NCBI GenBank assembly: GCA_963850295.1
Contig: CAWKKU010000001.1
Location: 29,993 to 93,992, forward strand
Reading direction: 5' to 3'
Origin: Vicinamibacterales bacterium
GTDB taxonomy: Bacteria; Acidobacteriota; Vicinamibacteria; Vicinamibacterales; JAMQPK01
Length of the DNA stretch: 64,000 nucleotides
Under the pieces are notes generated by a model. That model did no database searches. It was not told the origin of the DNA and was given only the letters and a program-made list of their open reading frames with translations. Below are positions 27,763 through 37,866 of this stretch, in pieces (the first letter of the stretch is position 1; every line of letters starts with the position of its first letter). The translations under genes and the position numbers were made by a program.

Positions 27763-29337
27763 ATGACGACCCATCCCAGCATCGACGAGATGGAGCGGCT
27801 TCAGCAGGAGCTGCGCGAAGAGCGCGACCGTCTCCGGCTGATGCTCGACGTCAACAATCTCCTGGTCTCGCGGCTCGACTATCCCGAGCTGCTGCAGGCG
27901 TTGTCGGTGTCGCTGCAGCGGGTGGTTCGTCACGACTCGGCCAGCGTCGCGCTGTTCGATCGCGCGTCCGGGCAGCTGAAGCTTCAGGCCTTGAAATACA
28001 CCGATGCGCCCGATGTCTTCGAGCCCGACATCGTCCTCACGCTCGATGGATCTGCGGCAGGCATCACGTATCAGACGACCATTGCCCGGGTGTTCCGCAA
28101 AGAAGATCTCGACAGCTTTTCCAGAGATCAGCCGCCGCTGCTGCCTCCCACGCTGCAGTCGCTCTGCTGCGTCCCGCTCGTGACGCGCCGCGGCTGCCTC
28201 GGGACGCTGAACGTCGCGAGCGTCGATCCCGACGCATTTCCATCGCGCGAGCTCGATCTGCTCAAGCAAATCTCCTCGCAAATCGCCATCGCCGTCGAAA
28301 ATGCGCTCGCCTACCAGCAGGTCTCCGACATCAAAGATCAGCTGATCGAAGAAAAACATTACCTCGAGGCCGAAATGCGGCTCGAGCACGACTTCGAGGG
28401 GATCGTCGGCGCCAGTTCGGCGCTCAAGCGCGTGTTTCAGGCGGTGGAGACCGTTGCGCCCACCGACGCGACGGTACTCATCCGTGGAGAGACAGGCACC
28501 GGAAAAGAAATGCTCGCGCGCGCGATCCACAACCTCAGCCCGCGCCACAATCGGACGATGGTGCGCTTGAACGTCGCTGCCCTGCCCGTGCCGCTGATTG
28601 AAAGCGAGCTCTTCGGCTACGAAAAAGGCGCGTTCACCGGCGCGGTCACCTCACGCACCGGCCGACTCGAACTGGCGAATCACGGAACGCTGTTTCTCGA
28701 TGAAGTCGGCGACATGCCGCTCGAAGTCCAGCCCAAGCTGCTGCGCGTGCTGCAGGAGCGGGAGTTCGAACGGCTCGGCAGCACCCGCACGCAGCGCATC
28801 GACGTCCGGCTAATCGCGGCCACGAACCGCAATCTCGAAGCGATGGTCGCCGACGGGCTGTTCCGGCGCGACTTGTACTATCGCCTGAACGTCTTCCCTC
28901 TCCACGTTCCTCCACTTCGCGAACGTCCCGACGACATCCCGGCGCTCGTGCGGTATTTCGTCAACAGGTTCTCACGGCGTTTCGGCCGGCGGGTCACGGT
29001 GATTCCGGAAGCGACGATGGACGCGCTGCGGAATTCCGTATGGTCCGGCAATATCCGCGAGCTCGAACACGTGATCGAGCGCTCTGTGATTCTGTCGGCA
29101 GGCGCCGAGCTGAACGTGCCACTGTCTGCGCTCGAGCCTGTCGCTGCCGATCCCAAACGTGCCCAGGCCGCCCGGGGACAACTTCGGCAGGCCGAACGGC
29201 AGGCGATTCTCGACGCGCTGCGGGCAACGGGCGGGGTCGTCAGCGGACCCGGCGGCGCGGCCGCCAAGCTCGGCGTGAAACGCACGACGCTCCAGTCCAA
29301 GATGCGGAAGCTGGGCATCTTCCGGCCGTCTTTCTGA
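27763..29337 (+). CDS. FhlA-like GAF-AAA+-HTH sigma-54 transcriptional activator
   Basis: GAF domain; GETGTGKE, ESELFGYEKGAFTGA, LFLDEVG, FRRDLYYRLN, WSGNIREL, AAAKLGVKRTTL. Confidence 0.95.
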   Translation: MTTHPSIDEMERLQQELREERDRLRLMLDVNNLLVSRLDYPELLQALSVSLQRVVRHDSASVALFDRASGQLKLQALKYTDAPDVFEPDIVLTLDGSAAGITYQTTIARVFRKEDLDSFSRDQPPLLPPTLQSLCCVPLVTRRGCLGTLNVASVDPDAFPSRELDLLKQISSQIAIAVENALAYQQVSDIKDQLIEEKHYLEAEMRLEHDFEGIVGASSALKRVFQAVETVAPTDATVLIRGETGTGKEMLARAIHNLSPRHNRTMVRLNVAALPVPLIESELFGYEKGAFTGAVTSRTGRLELANHGTLFLDEVGDMPLEVQPKLLRVLQEREFERLGSTRTQRIDVRLIAATNRNLEAMVADGLFRRDLYYRLNVFPLHVPPLRERPDDIPALVRYFVNRFSRRFGRRVTVIPEATMDALRNSVWSGNIRELEHVIERSVILSAGAELNVPLSALEPVAADPKRAQAARGQLRQAERQAILDALRATGGVVSGPGGAAAKLGVKRTTLQSKMRKLGIFRPSF

Positions 29338-29452
29338 ATTGAGCTAAATCGAAAGGGATGTGCCTTTTTCGGCGTTCTTGTGCCGACTTGAGACACGCTG
29401 CGCCGCCGCACGCCCCCTCACGCGCCCGCCCTCAGATGGTTAAGTGGCTTTC

Positions 29453-29498
29453 CATCAATGAATTACGGGAAACGTCATATTCGGGTCTTCGCTTTGCT
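29453..29498 (+). promoter_or_regulatory. Possible IHF site and weak sigma-54 promoter for the GGDEF-EAL gene
   Basis: cATCAAtgaaTTA (29453-29465, WATCAA-N4-TTR-like) and GG-TCTTCGCTTT-GC (29484-29497). Confidence 0.35.
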
Positions 29499-29514
29499 CT
29501 GCAGAGCAGGCGTT

Positions 29515-32358
29515 GTGCGGAACCTTTCTCGTTATTCGGCCCTAGGTATGCTCGCTGGAGCGGCGGTGGCGGCAGGAGTGTTGTTCGGAGCCCTCGGCTG
29601 GCTGCAGCCGCACCGCCCTGTGGAGTTTTCAGCGCTGCTGGTTGCGGCGATTTTTGCGGCTGCGTTCGCGCGGCGGCAGTCCGCATCTGATGATTCGCCC
29701 GCGATGCCGCCGGCATTCGTCATCGATTTCACGGCGCTCCTGCTGTTCGGTCCGCACGCGGCGCTGCTCGTCGCCGCCGCATCGGCCATCGCCCCTGGCC
29801 TGGCGGATTCGCAGCGTCCTTATTCATACCGGCGAACGATCGTCAACGGCACGATCGCCATGCTCGCGATCCAGGTTGCAGGGCTCGCGCACCAGGCGCT
29901 CGGCGGCACACGAGGCCACTTTGCCTGGCCGATGCAGGCGCTTCCGATCGTTGCGGCCCTCGGCGCGTATTGCTTCGTCAAGATCGTGTCGACCGAGGTC
30001 GTGATTCCCCTGTGCTCGAGGCAGTCGATCGCCCGCTCGTGGACGGGACGCGTGTTCGTCGAGTGCCCCATCTATCTCATCGGCGCCAGTCTCGCGGTCG
30101 CATTTGCGGAACTGATCGATCGGCGGATGTGGGAGATTCTGCCGGTTGCGGCTGTGCCCCTCTTCTTTCTCCTTCGCGCGTACTGCGACTACATGAATCG
30201 CCTCGGCGACGACAAACGCCGGGAGCAGGTTGCCGAGTCACTGGACGGGGGGGTGTCTTCACTCGACCAGAACGCCCGTGTAACGCTCTGGAATGACGGC
30301 CTCGAACGCATGGTGGGCTGCCCTCGCGACACAGCGCTGGGCCGCTCGCTCGTCGACGCGCTGCCGGTGTTGGGCAACACCGAACTGCCGCGCGCCGTTG
30401 CAGATGTCCTGAAAGATCGGTCGGCGCGAACCATCGAGCAGCTGGCGCTGACCTCGGCCGTGGGCGCGCGGATCCTGCAGATCAAGATCGTCCCTGTCGC
30501 CGCGGGCGTCACCCTTCTGTGGCACGACGTGACGGAGCGCACGCGCGCCGACCAGGCGTTGAAGCGCAATGAAGAACGGCTTGCGCTTGCGGCGGAAGGC
30601 GCCAACGACGGGTTGTGGGAATGGGATCTGCGGACGCAGGAGTTCTATGTCTCGTCCCGCTGGAAGGCGATGCTCGGCTTGCCGGCGGCAGCGGGTGTTG
30701 CCAAGCCCGACGAATGGCTCGACCGGATTCACACCGAGGACACCGCCGCTCTGAAGGAAGCACTGAAGGCGTACTTGTCGGGCACGACGGAACATCTGCA
30801 GCACGAACATCGCATCCGCCACGAGGATGGCTCGTACCGGTGGTTCGCGTGCCGTGGCGTCGCCGTGAGAGGCGCGGGCCAGCGTCCCACGCGCATCGCG
30901 GGGTCGCTGACCGACACGACCGAACGGGCGATTACCCAGGAGCGCCTGCGCAGCGCCGGATTTCTCGATCCGCTAACCGGTTTGCGCAACCGCTCGGATT
31001 TCGTCGAAGGGCTCGGAAGACGCCTCGAACAGTTCAAGCAGCGGCGAATGGCCGGACGTTTTGCCGTCATCTATCTCGACCTCGACCGGTTCAAGGTCGT
31101 CAACGACAGCCTCGGCCATCTCGTCGGCGACCAGCTGCTCATCGCGGTGTCCCGCCGGCTCGAGTCGTGCCTTCGCCAGGGAGATTCGCTCGCCAGACTC
31201 GGCGGCGACGAGTTCGCGATCCTTCTGAACACGGTGGGCGACGAGCTCCAGGCCAACGCCCTCGCGTTCCGCATCCAGGAAGCGCTGAGCGCTCCGCTTC
31301 TGATCGCCGGACGCGAGGTGTTCACCTCGGCGAGCATCGGAATCGCGTTCGGTCACATCCAGCACGCGAGCCCCGACGAGATCATGCGCGATGCCGACAC
31401 CGCGATGTATCACGCGAAGGCGCACGGCAAGGCGCGCCACGAGCTGTTCGACGCCGATATGCACGCGCGCACCCGCGATCGTCTCGATCTCGAAAACGAT
31501 CTGCGTCACGCGGTGAACAACAACAACTTCGAGGTGCACTACCAGCCCATCGTCCTGCTGTCGTCAGGCATGTGCGTCGGGTTCGAGTCGTTGATCAGAT
31601 GGACGCGCAACGGCGAGCCGATCTCACCGGCGACGTTCATTCCGATGGCCGAGGAGCTGGGACTCATCGAGCCGCTCGGCACCTGGGTGCTGCAGGAGGC
31701 CTGCCGCACGTTCGCCGACTGGCAGAAGAAGTTTCCCGGCGGCGCGCTGGACTACATCACCGTCAACGTGTCGAGCCGCCAGCTCATGCAGCAGAACTTC
31801 CTCCGCATCGTCGAGCAGGCGGTCGACAAGGTGGGCATGAAGCCGTGCGATCTCCGTCTGGAGATTACCGAGACCGCCCTGATGGACAGCCCCAACTCGG
31901 CCGCGGAAGTGCTGCGTCAGCTGCGGGACTTCGGCGTCAAGATTTATCTCGACGACTTCGGGACCGGGTATTCGTCGCTGAGCCACCTGCACAAGCTCCC
32001 GGTCGACGCGTTGAAGATCGACCGATCGTTCGTCAAGAGCCTGGTGCTGCCCGATCGTCCGGCGATCGTCGAAAGCATCCTCGCGCTCGCGCGCACGCTC
32101 AACACCAGCGTCGTTGCCGAAGGGATCGAGAGCGATGTGCAGTCTCGAGAGCTGGAACGGCTCGGCTGCACGCACGCACAGGGCTTCCTCTACTCACGTC
32201 CGCTGCCGCTGAAGGCGGCCGAGGCCGTGCTCGCCGCCAGCGAGCCGCTCGGACCGAAAAAGGTCAAGCCCGCGGACGCCGCGCCGCTCGAACCGGAGTT
32301 GTGCTATTCCACGGGACCCTTCAAATGGCCGGAAGGCCATCGCGTCGCGTCGAATTGA
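29515..32358 (+). CDS. Membrane-anchored PAS-PAS-GGDEF-EAL c-di-GMP enzyme
   Basis: N-terminal TM region; ANDGLWEWD PAS; DPLTGLRNR, DLDRFKVVND, RLGGDEF; EAL variant FESLIRW, LEITE, DDFGTGYSSL, KIDRSF, AEGIE. Start taken as GTG 29515. Confidence 0.93.
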   Translation: MRNLSRYSALGMLAGAAVAAGVLFGALGWLQPHRPVEFSALLVAAIFAAAFARRQSASDDSPAMPPAFVIDFTALLLFGPHAALLVAAASAIAPGLADSQRPYSYRRTIVNGTIAMLAIQVAGLAHQALGGTRGHFAWPMQALPIVAALGAYCFVKIVSTEVVIPLCSRQSIARSWTGRVFVECPIYLIGASLAVAFAELIDRRMWEILPVAAVPLFFLLRAYCDYMNRLGDDKRREQVAESLDGGVSSLDQNARVTLWNDGLERMVGCPRDTALGRSLVDALPVLGNTELPRAVADVLKDRSARTIEQLALTSAVGARILQIKIVPVAAGVTLLWHDVTERTRADQALKRNEERLALAAEGANDGLWEWDLRTQEFYVSSRWKAMLGLPAAAGVAKPDEWLDRIHTEDTAALKEALKAYLSGTTEHLQHEHRIRHEDGSYRWFACRGVAVRGAGQRPTRIAGSLTDTTERAITQERLRSAGFLDPLTGLRNRSDFVEGLGRRLEQFKQRRMAGRFAVIYLDLDRFKVVNDSLGHLVGDQLLIAVSRRLESCLRQGDSLARLGGDEFAILLNTVGDELQANALAFRIQEALSAPLLIAGREVFTSASIGIAFGHIQHASPDEIMRDADTAMYHAKAHGKARHELFDADMHARTRDRLDLENDLRHAVNNNNFEVHYQPIVLLSSGMCVGFESLIRWTRNGEPISPATFIPMAEELGLIEPLGTWVLQEACRTFADWQKKFPGGALDYITVNVSSRQLMQQNFLRIVEQAVDKVGMKPCDLRLEITETALMDSPNSAAEVLRQLRDFGVKIYLDDFGTGYSSLSHLHKLPVDALKIDRSFVKSLVLPDRPAIVESILALARTLNTSVVAEGIESDVQSRELERLGCTHAQGFLYSRPLPLKAAEAVLAASEPLGPKKVKPADAAPLEPELCYSTGPFKWPEGHRVASN

Positions 32359-32375
32359 GGCGGGCGCGCTGCTCT

Positions 32376-33984
32376 CTAAGGCGCAGGTGAATTCGTGGTC
32401 GGTGCGGCGCGCGGCAGGGGTTTTCTGGGGAGTTTCTGATCGCGATTGGCCGCGTGATACGCAAAACTCGCGACGATAACCGCGTTCTGCATCAGACTGG
32501 AAGGCTGAACCCGGTCGTACACGTCCATGTTCGTGTGATGAGTCCGCGTGCTGTACTCCACCGGATCCTGAATGAACTGAAAAGCGGGCAACCCTACCTC
32601 GTCGAACGCGACATGATCGGTCGAGGTCACGCTCCGGATCGCCAACGTGGTCATGCCCACGTTCCTGAACGGCTCCATCCACGACTGAAACACCGGACCG
32701 ACAGCTTCGTTGCGCTGGAGAAAAACCCCGCGGATTGATCCGGTTCCATTGTCGAGATTGAAGTAAGCCGCGAGCTTCGCATGCTCGGGTTTCAGCGTCA
32801 TCGTCTGCCGGTCGGCAAAATGATCCCGGACATAGGCCCGCGACCCCAGCAGGCCCTGTTCCTCGCCGGTCCACAGCGCGATTCGAACCGTGCGGCTCAT
32901 CTTGAGCCCGGTGGCTTTCAGAATCCGCATCGCTTCGAGCATCACGGCAGCTCCCACGGCGTTATCAGTCGCGCCGGTACCGCTGTGCCACGAATCAAAG
33001 TGCGCGCCGACCATCACGACCTCGTCCGGCAACGAACTGCCCGGGATTTCGCCGACGATGTTGAATGAGTCGAGATCGTCGTCATAAAACTTGTTTTCGA
33101 CATCGATCGCCAGGCGAACCGTGGTCTTGTTCTGGATGGTGCGAAAAATCCGGTTGTAATGCTCGGCTGCGATCACGAGCTGCGGAAAAATTCTGGGAGC
33201 CTTCGGATCGCGCACTCCCATCGGATTCGCCCCGCCGGCCCTGCCGGTCGCCGGAGGCCCGAGCACAAAGAGCGTGCCGCCATTTACTCCGCGGCTGGGC
33301 TCGAGGGTTGCGAGCACACCTTCACGCGCAAAAAACTCCGCGCGGAGGCGGTTCAGCGCTTGCTGCGCGGGAGCCGCGCCCGGCGCAGGACCGCCGCGGC
33401 CCCGGCTGGGCGTGGGAGTGGGCTCGCGAGATAACTCCTCGAGTGCGCGCTCGTCGTACAGCCTCGAGAGAGGCGTCACCGACGTCGCGACCGCGAGGGC
33501 CGGCGCCGTCATCACGATCTTGCCCTGCAGTTTTCCCCGATGAGCCTCCGTGTCTGCCTCGGATCCGATCAAGGCAATCACCACATCGGCCTCGACCGGT
33601 CCGGCTGTGCCCGGAGTCCAGGCTTTGGGGAAACCGATGATGGGATATCTCTGCGGAACCGTTGCGTGGAGATACAACTTCTCATTCGACCAGCCACGCC
33701 CGAAAGGTCCCCAGCGCTCCTGCTTCACATTCACAAGACCCCATTCGGTCATCTTCGCGGTGGTCCAGGCGGCCGCCGCTTTGATGTTGGGGGAGTTGGT
33801 GAGTCGAGGACCATGGATGTCGGTGAGATAGGTCATCGACTCCATGACAGCGGAGCGCTCGTATCCCTCTTCTTTGATTTGGTAGAGGGCGTCGAGATCG
33901 TTTCGAATCTTGCGCCTGACCGCCCAGGAGAATGGGGGTCAGCACGACAGCGAGGAACGGCACCGCCAGAACAAGGCGTTTCAT
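32376..33984 (-). CDS. M28 family aminopeptidase/carboxypeptidase, exported (frameshift near 33900)
   Basis: Signal peptide MKRLVLAVPFL in ORF 33682..33984; body GPRLTNSP, GAHFDSWH, DNAVG, TGEEQGLLGS, TDHVAF, THHTNMD. Confidence 0.9.
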
Positions 33985-34093
33985 GTTGGCTCCTGGAAGG
34001 GGCGGATTCTATCACCCCGGACGAAATTGGCCCGAGTCGGATCCCATCGGCGCGGAACTGTCATAAAGCGGCCCTCGCGACGATAAACAGGGT

Positions 34094-35179
34094 ATGCGCC
34101 GGCCGCTTGCCATCTGCCTTCTCGCGGTGTCGTGCGCTGGGGAAGCTGCGACGCCGGTCGCTCCTTCGCCGGCCGACAGTCCGGCGCAGACTGCTCCGCC
34201 AGCTGCGTCGCCGGCCGCGCCAGAGCCACCGCCACAGACGCCTGCACCCGACGCGCCGCAGACTCCATCGCCGCAGGTTCCCGCGCCCAGCGCCAGCATC
34301 GTGCGGCTCAACGAAGATTTCGGCCGGGCGCTGTTTCCGTCGAACAACTGGTGGAACCGAGACATCTCGAACGCGCCGGTCGATCCGCAGTCGAGCGCGT
34401 ACATCGATTTCATCGGCCGCACGCGCCGCCTCCATCCCGACTTCGGGCCGCCGCCATATGGCATTCCGTATGTGAGCGTCGGCTCGACCCAGGCGCGCGA
34501 GAACGTGGCGTTCGTGGCATATGGAAGCGAGAGCGATGAAGGGTTCCGCAACGAAACCGGCTACCCGATCCCCGAAGAAGCGAAGACCCGTCCCAACTTC
34601 ATCGAAGGAGGAGTCCCCGGCGGAGGCACGAGCGGCGACCGCCATCTGCTGATCGTCGATCGCGATCGCTGGATTCTCTGGGAGCTCTGGGCGACACGCT
34701 GGAACGCCAGCCGATCCCGGTGGGAAGCGGGATCCGGAGCGGCGTTCGATCTCTCGAGCAACAGCCGCCGGCCGGAGGGATGGACATCGGCTGATGCGGC
34801 GGGCCTGGCCATTCTGCCCGGCCTGGTGCGATTCGACGAAGCGCGCCGCGGACCAATCGCACACGCGCTGCGCGTGACGGTGCGCTCGACGAACGGTTAT
34901 GTGTGGCCGGCGTCGCACCGTGCCGGCAGCACGCCAGGAGCGCTCCCGATGGGGGCGCGACTCCGGCTCAAGGCATCGAAGAACCTCTCGTCGTACCCGT
35001 CGTACATCCGCAATATCTTCCGCGCGATGCAGACACATGGCCTGATCGTCGCCGACAACGGCAGCGACATGTTCATCAGCGGCTCGTCCGATTCACGGTG
35101 GAACAACGACGAGCTGAACCCCGCGTTCCGCGGCCTTACCGCGGACGACTTCGAAGTGATCCGGCTCGGGTTCGAATAA
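34094..35179 (+). CDS. Uncharacterised lipoprotein with Pro-rich linker
   Basis: Lipobox LAVSC; conserved-looking core GDRHLLIVD, GWTSADAAGLAILPGL, MGARLRLK, GLIVADNGS. Confidence 0.8.
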   Translation: MRRPLAICLLAVSCAGEAATPVAPSPADSPAQTAPPAASPAAPEPPPQTPAPDAPQTPSPQVPAPSASIVRLNEDFGRALFPSNNWWNRDISNAPVDPQSSAYIDFIGRTRRLHPDFGPPPYGIPYVSVGSTQARENVAFVAYGSESDEGFRNETGYPIPEEAKTRPNFIEGGVPGGGTSGDRHLLIVDRDRWILWELWATRWNASRSRWEAGSGAAFDLSSNSRRPEGWTSADAAGLAILPGLVRFDEARRGPIAHALRVTVRSTNGYVWPASHRAGSTPGALPMGARLRLKASKNLSSYPSYIRNIFRAMQTHGLIVADNGSDMFISGSSDSRWNNDELNPAFRGLTADDFEVIRLGFE

Positions 35180-35255
35180 CGCGGACGTCATCGCCCCGAC
35201 ACCTTGCCGTTGCACGCAGTCACTAGAATCTGCGGGCTTCGTCAAAGGAGACGCG

Positions 35256-36740
35256 ATGATCGCAAGAATGGTGTTCCTGTCGCTGGCGGGATTGATTGTG
35301 TGCGTTGGCACGACCGGGCACGCGGCCGAGCCCCTGGTCGTCACTCCGATCCTCAGCACTTCGCCGCTGTACAACTACGAAGAGGCTCCCGCAACGCCGG
35401 ACGCCGATGATCCCGCGATCTGGATCAATCGCCACGACCGTCAGCGCTCGCTCGTCATCGGCACGGCCAAAGACGCCGGTCTGCTGGTGTACGACCTCGC
35501 CGGCCAGCTGATCCAGGCGATTCGTCCGCCGAACGCGCCGCACGTGTCGCCCATCGACCCGCCGACGCCGACCGGCCCGAATCCGGCCACCGGGCCATGT
35601 CCAGGCAGCGCCAGCGGCGAAACCTTCGGACGCTTCAACAACGTCGATATCGCTTACGACGTGCGATTGGGCTCGCATCACCGGTCTTCACGCGTCGATG
35701 TCGCGGTCGTCTCCGATCGCGGATGCGATCGTGTCCGCTTCTACAAAATCGACCCGTCGGATCCAGACGGGCCGCTCGTCGATATCACGGCGCCCGACGT
35801 TCCAAGGGTCTTTCCGCTGCGTTATGACCAGCCGTCGCCGCTGCAGTCGGAGGAGGGTGAAGAAGACGGGTGGCGGCCCAATCCCGTCGACGATCAGAAC
35901 ACCGTCTACGGACTCACGATCGCGCCGGGAGGCGAGCACCCGGAGATCTTCGTATCGGAGCGGGAACGCGGCCTCGTGCGTCAGCTGCGGATGTTTCCGA
36001 CCGACGCCGGCCGCCTGAGTTACCGCCTCACGCGCACGTTTCTTTTCGACACGAACTTCAGGCTCCAAGGCGAACATGGATCGCGTTACAGCTGGACGCC
36101 GTGCCGGGAAGCGGCGGCCGAGGAGCCGCAGTCCGAAGGGCTGGTGTTCGATCGCGCGAACGACACGTTATATGTCGCGTTCGAGACGATTGGCCTGTAC
36201 AAGCTTCCGATGTCGCGGCCGCTTCCCCATCTCGTCAAAGTCGGAGTCGATCACCTGATCGAGCCGGTCACGTCGTTTGGACGTCCGTATCGCGCGATTC
36301 CCGATGATGACGAGTTCGAGTGCGAATACGACCCCGAGGGCATTCCCGCGCCTGGCGATATCGACGCACCTGGCTCACACGTGAACGCCGGGCAATTTCT
36401 CGCGGCCGATCTCGAAGGGCTGAGCATCATCGCGAGCTTCCCTGGGCGGACGCTGATGCTCGCGTCGAGCCAGGGAGACTCGAGCTTTCACTTCTACCGC
36501 ATCGGACGGCGCGACATCACCCACCTCGGGTTGTTTCTTGTCGACGGCGTCGGCGATACCGACGGCGTTCATTACGTGCCCGCGGCGATTCGTCCGGACT
36601 ACCCGCTTGGCCTGCTGGTCATCCAGAACGGTGAAGCCCCCGAGCCTCCGAGCACGGAGCCGGTGAATGGCTACGAGTTCGACGGCGCGACGCAGTTCAA
36701 GTTCGTCAACTTCCTGGATACGTTGAAGGCGCTGGAGTGA
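35256..36740 (+). CDS. Beta-propeller phytase-like protein
   Basis: Signal peptide; DADDPAIW, GTAKDAGLLVYDL, RFNNVDI, QSEGLVFD, ADLEGL, ASSQGDS, DTDG. Confidence 0.85.
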   Translation: MIARMVFLSLAGLIVCVGTTGHAAEPLVVTPILSTSPLYNYEEAPATPDADDPAIWINRHDRQRSLVIGTAKDAGLLVYDLAGQLIQAIRPPNAPHVSPIDPPTPTGPNPATGPCPGSASGETFGRFNNVDIAYDVRLGSHHRSSRVDVAVVSDRGCDRVRFYKIDPSDPDGPLVDITAPDVPRVFPLRYDQPSPLQSEEGEEDGWRPNPVDDQNTVYGLTIAPGGEHPEIFVSERERGLVRQLRMFPTDAGRLSYRLTRTFLFDTNFRLQGEHGSRYSWTPCREAAAEEPQSEGLVFDRANDTLYVAFETIGLYKLPMSRPLPHLVKVGVDHLIEPVTSFGRPYRAIPDDDEFECEYDPEGIPAPGDIDAPGSHVNAGQFLAADLEGLSIIASFPGRTLMLASSQGDSSFHFYRIGRRDITHLGLFLVDGVGDTDGVHYVPAAIRPDYPLGLLVIQNGEAPEPPSTEPVNGYEFDGATQFKFVNFLDTLKALE

Positions 36741-37317
36741 CCACGAAGGCACAACCACGAAGGCACGAAGACAAACACGAAGACACGAACACGATGGCGC
36801 GTTGCTACGAACCTACGAACTCACAACTACGCCACGGACGAAGGACGAACGAATCGCGTAACACGATGACGCGATGAACCACGAAGGCACGAAGACGCGA
36901 AGCGCGCATGACACGATGAGGTCGCGATTTCTGCAATCTCGGTCAACTCGTTCCGGAACGAGTTGCGGCGACCTAGCAACACGATGACGCGATGAAGCGC
37001 GATGGGCGCGATGCTGCACGAACCCACGAACTCACGAACCTGACGAACCCACGAACTTACGAACCTACGAACCTACGAACCTACGAACCTACGAACCTAC
37101 GAACTCACAACTACGCTACGAGCGAAGGACGAACGAATCGCGTAACACGATGACGCGATGAACCACGAAGGCACGAAGACGCGAAGCGCATGACGATGAG
37201 GTCGCGATTTTTGCGATCTCGGTCAACTCGTTCCGGAACGAGTTGCGGCGCCTAAGCAACACGATGACGCGATGCTGCCGAAACCACGAACCCACGAACC
37301 TACGAACTTGTGAACTT
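36741..37317. repeat. Composite repeat region: duplicated ~280-bp unit with a 22-bp palindrome, embedded in CACGAAGA/ACGAACCT arrays
   Basis: CAACTCGTTCCGGAACGAGTTG at 36944-36965 and 37224-37245; octamer array at about 37017-37105. Confidence 0.9.
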
Positions 37318-37328
37318 ACCGTTGATGG

Positions 37329-37811
37329 TTACTTTCGCTGAACCTTGACGATCAGCACGAAAAACATCTTTCCGGGCTCGACGATGGTCTGATGCGCCAC
37401 GCCCGGCGGCATCACCAGGACGTCGCCCGTCGACACCTTCTGCGACTTGCCGCCGACATGCCGTGGCCCGCGAATCTCTCCGTTGCCTGTGTCCTTTGCG
37501 TCCTCGATGGTCCCGCCATAAAGGATGGTTGCCTCACCACCCTGGACGACGAAGACGTCGGTCCAGTTCTGATGCAGCTCGCCCGCGCCGCTCCCGTCGC
37601 GGCGCAAAATCTCGAACTTGTGATTGCCGAGGTCAGACAGGATCTCCGATGCGCTCGCGGTCTTCTTGGCGGTCTGCCGCTCTTTCAACGTCGGAGAGTA
37701 GCCGCTCAGCGCCGAGGCGGGCCAGTAGACGATCTCGCCAGGAGTCTGCGCCGAAACAGTTGATGCCAGGGACACCAGGCATATCACAAGACACGTTCGT
37801 CTCACGCTCAC
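37329..37811 (-). CDS. Exported cupin domain protein
   Basis: Signal peptide; ELHQNWTDVFVVQGGEA, GDVLVMPPGVAH. Confidence 0.8.
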   Translation of the reverse strand: MSVRRTCLVICLVSLASTVSAQTPGEIVYWPASALSGYSPTLKERQTAKKTASASEILSDLGNHKFEILRRDGSGAGELHQNWTDVFVVQGGEATILYGGTIEDAKDTGNGEIRGPRHVGGKSQKVSTGDVLVMPPGVAHQTIVEPGKMFFVLIVKVQRK

Positions 37812-37866
37812 CTCCAGACTGGTTGCGCGGCCATTATCGTTGCCGCCGCCGCGATGTCAACGCGGA

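Noticed and set aside
30615-32390. 591-aa overlapping ORF inside the GGDEF-EAL gene, and similar long shadow ORFs (582..1982, 2522..3874, 19873..21465, 37840..39402, 45479..46876, 56577..58220)
   Set aside because: Arg/Ala/Pro-rich alternative or antisense frames expected in high-GC coding DNA; no motifs, and each overlaps a well-supported gene.
36741-37317. Possible CRISPR array
   Set aside because: Only two long units, no constant repeat with unique spacers, and no cas genes in the window.
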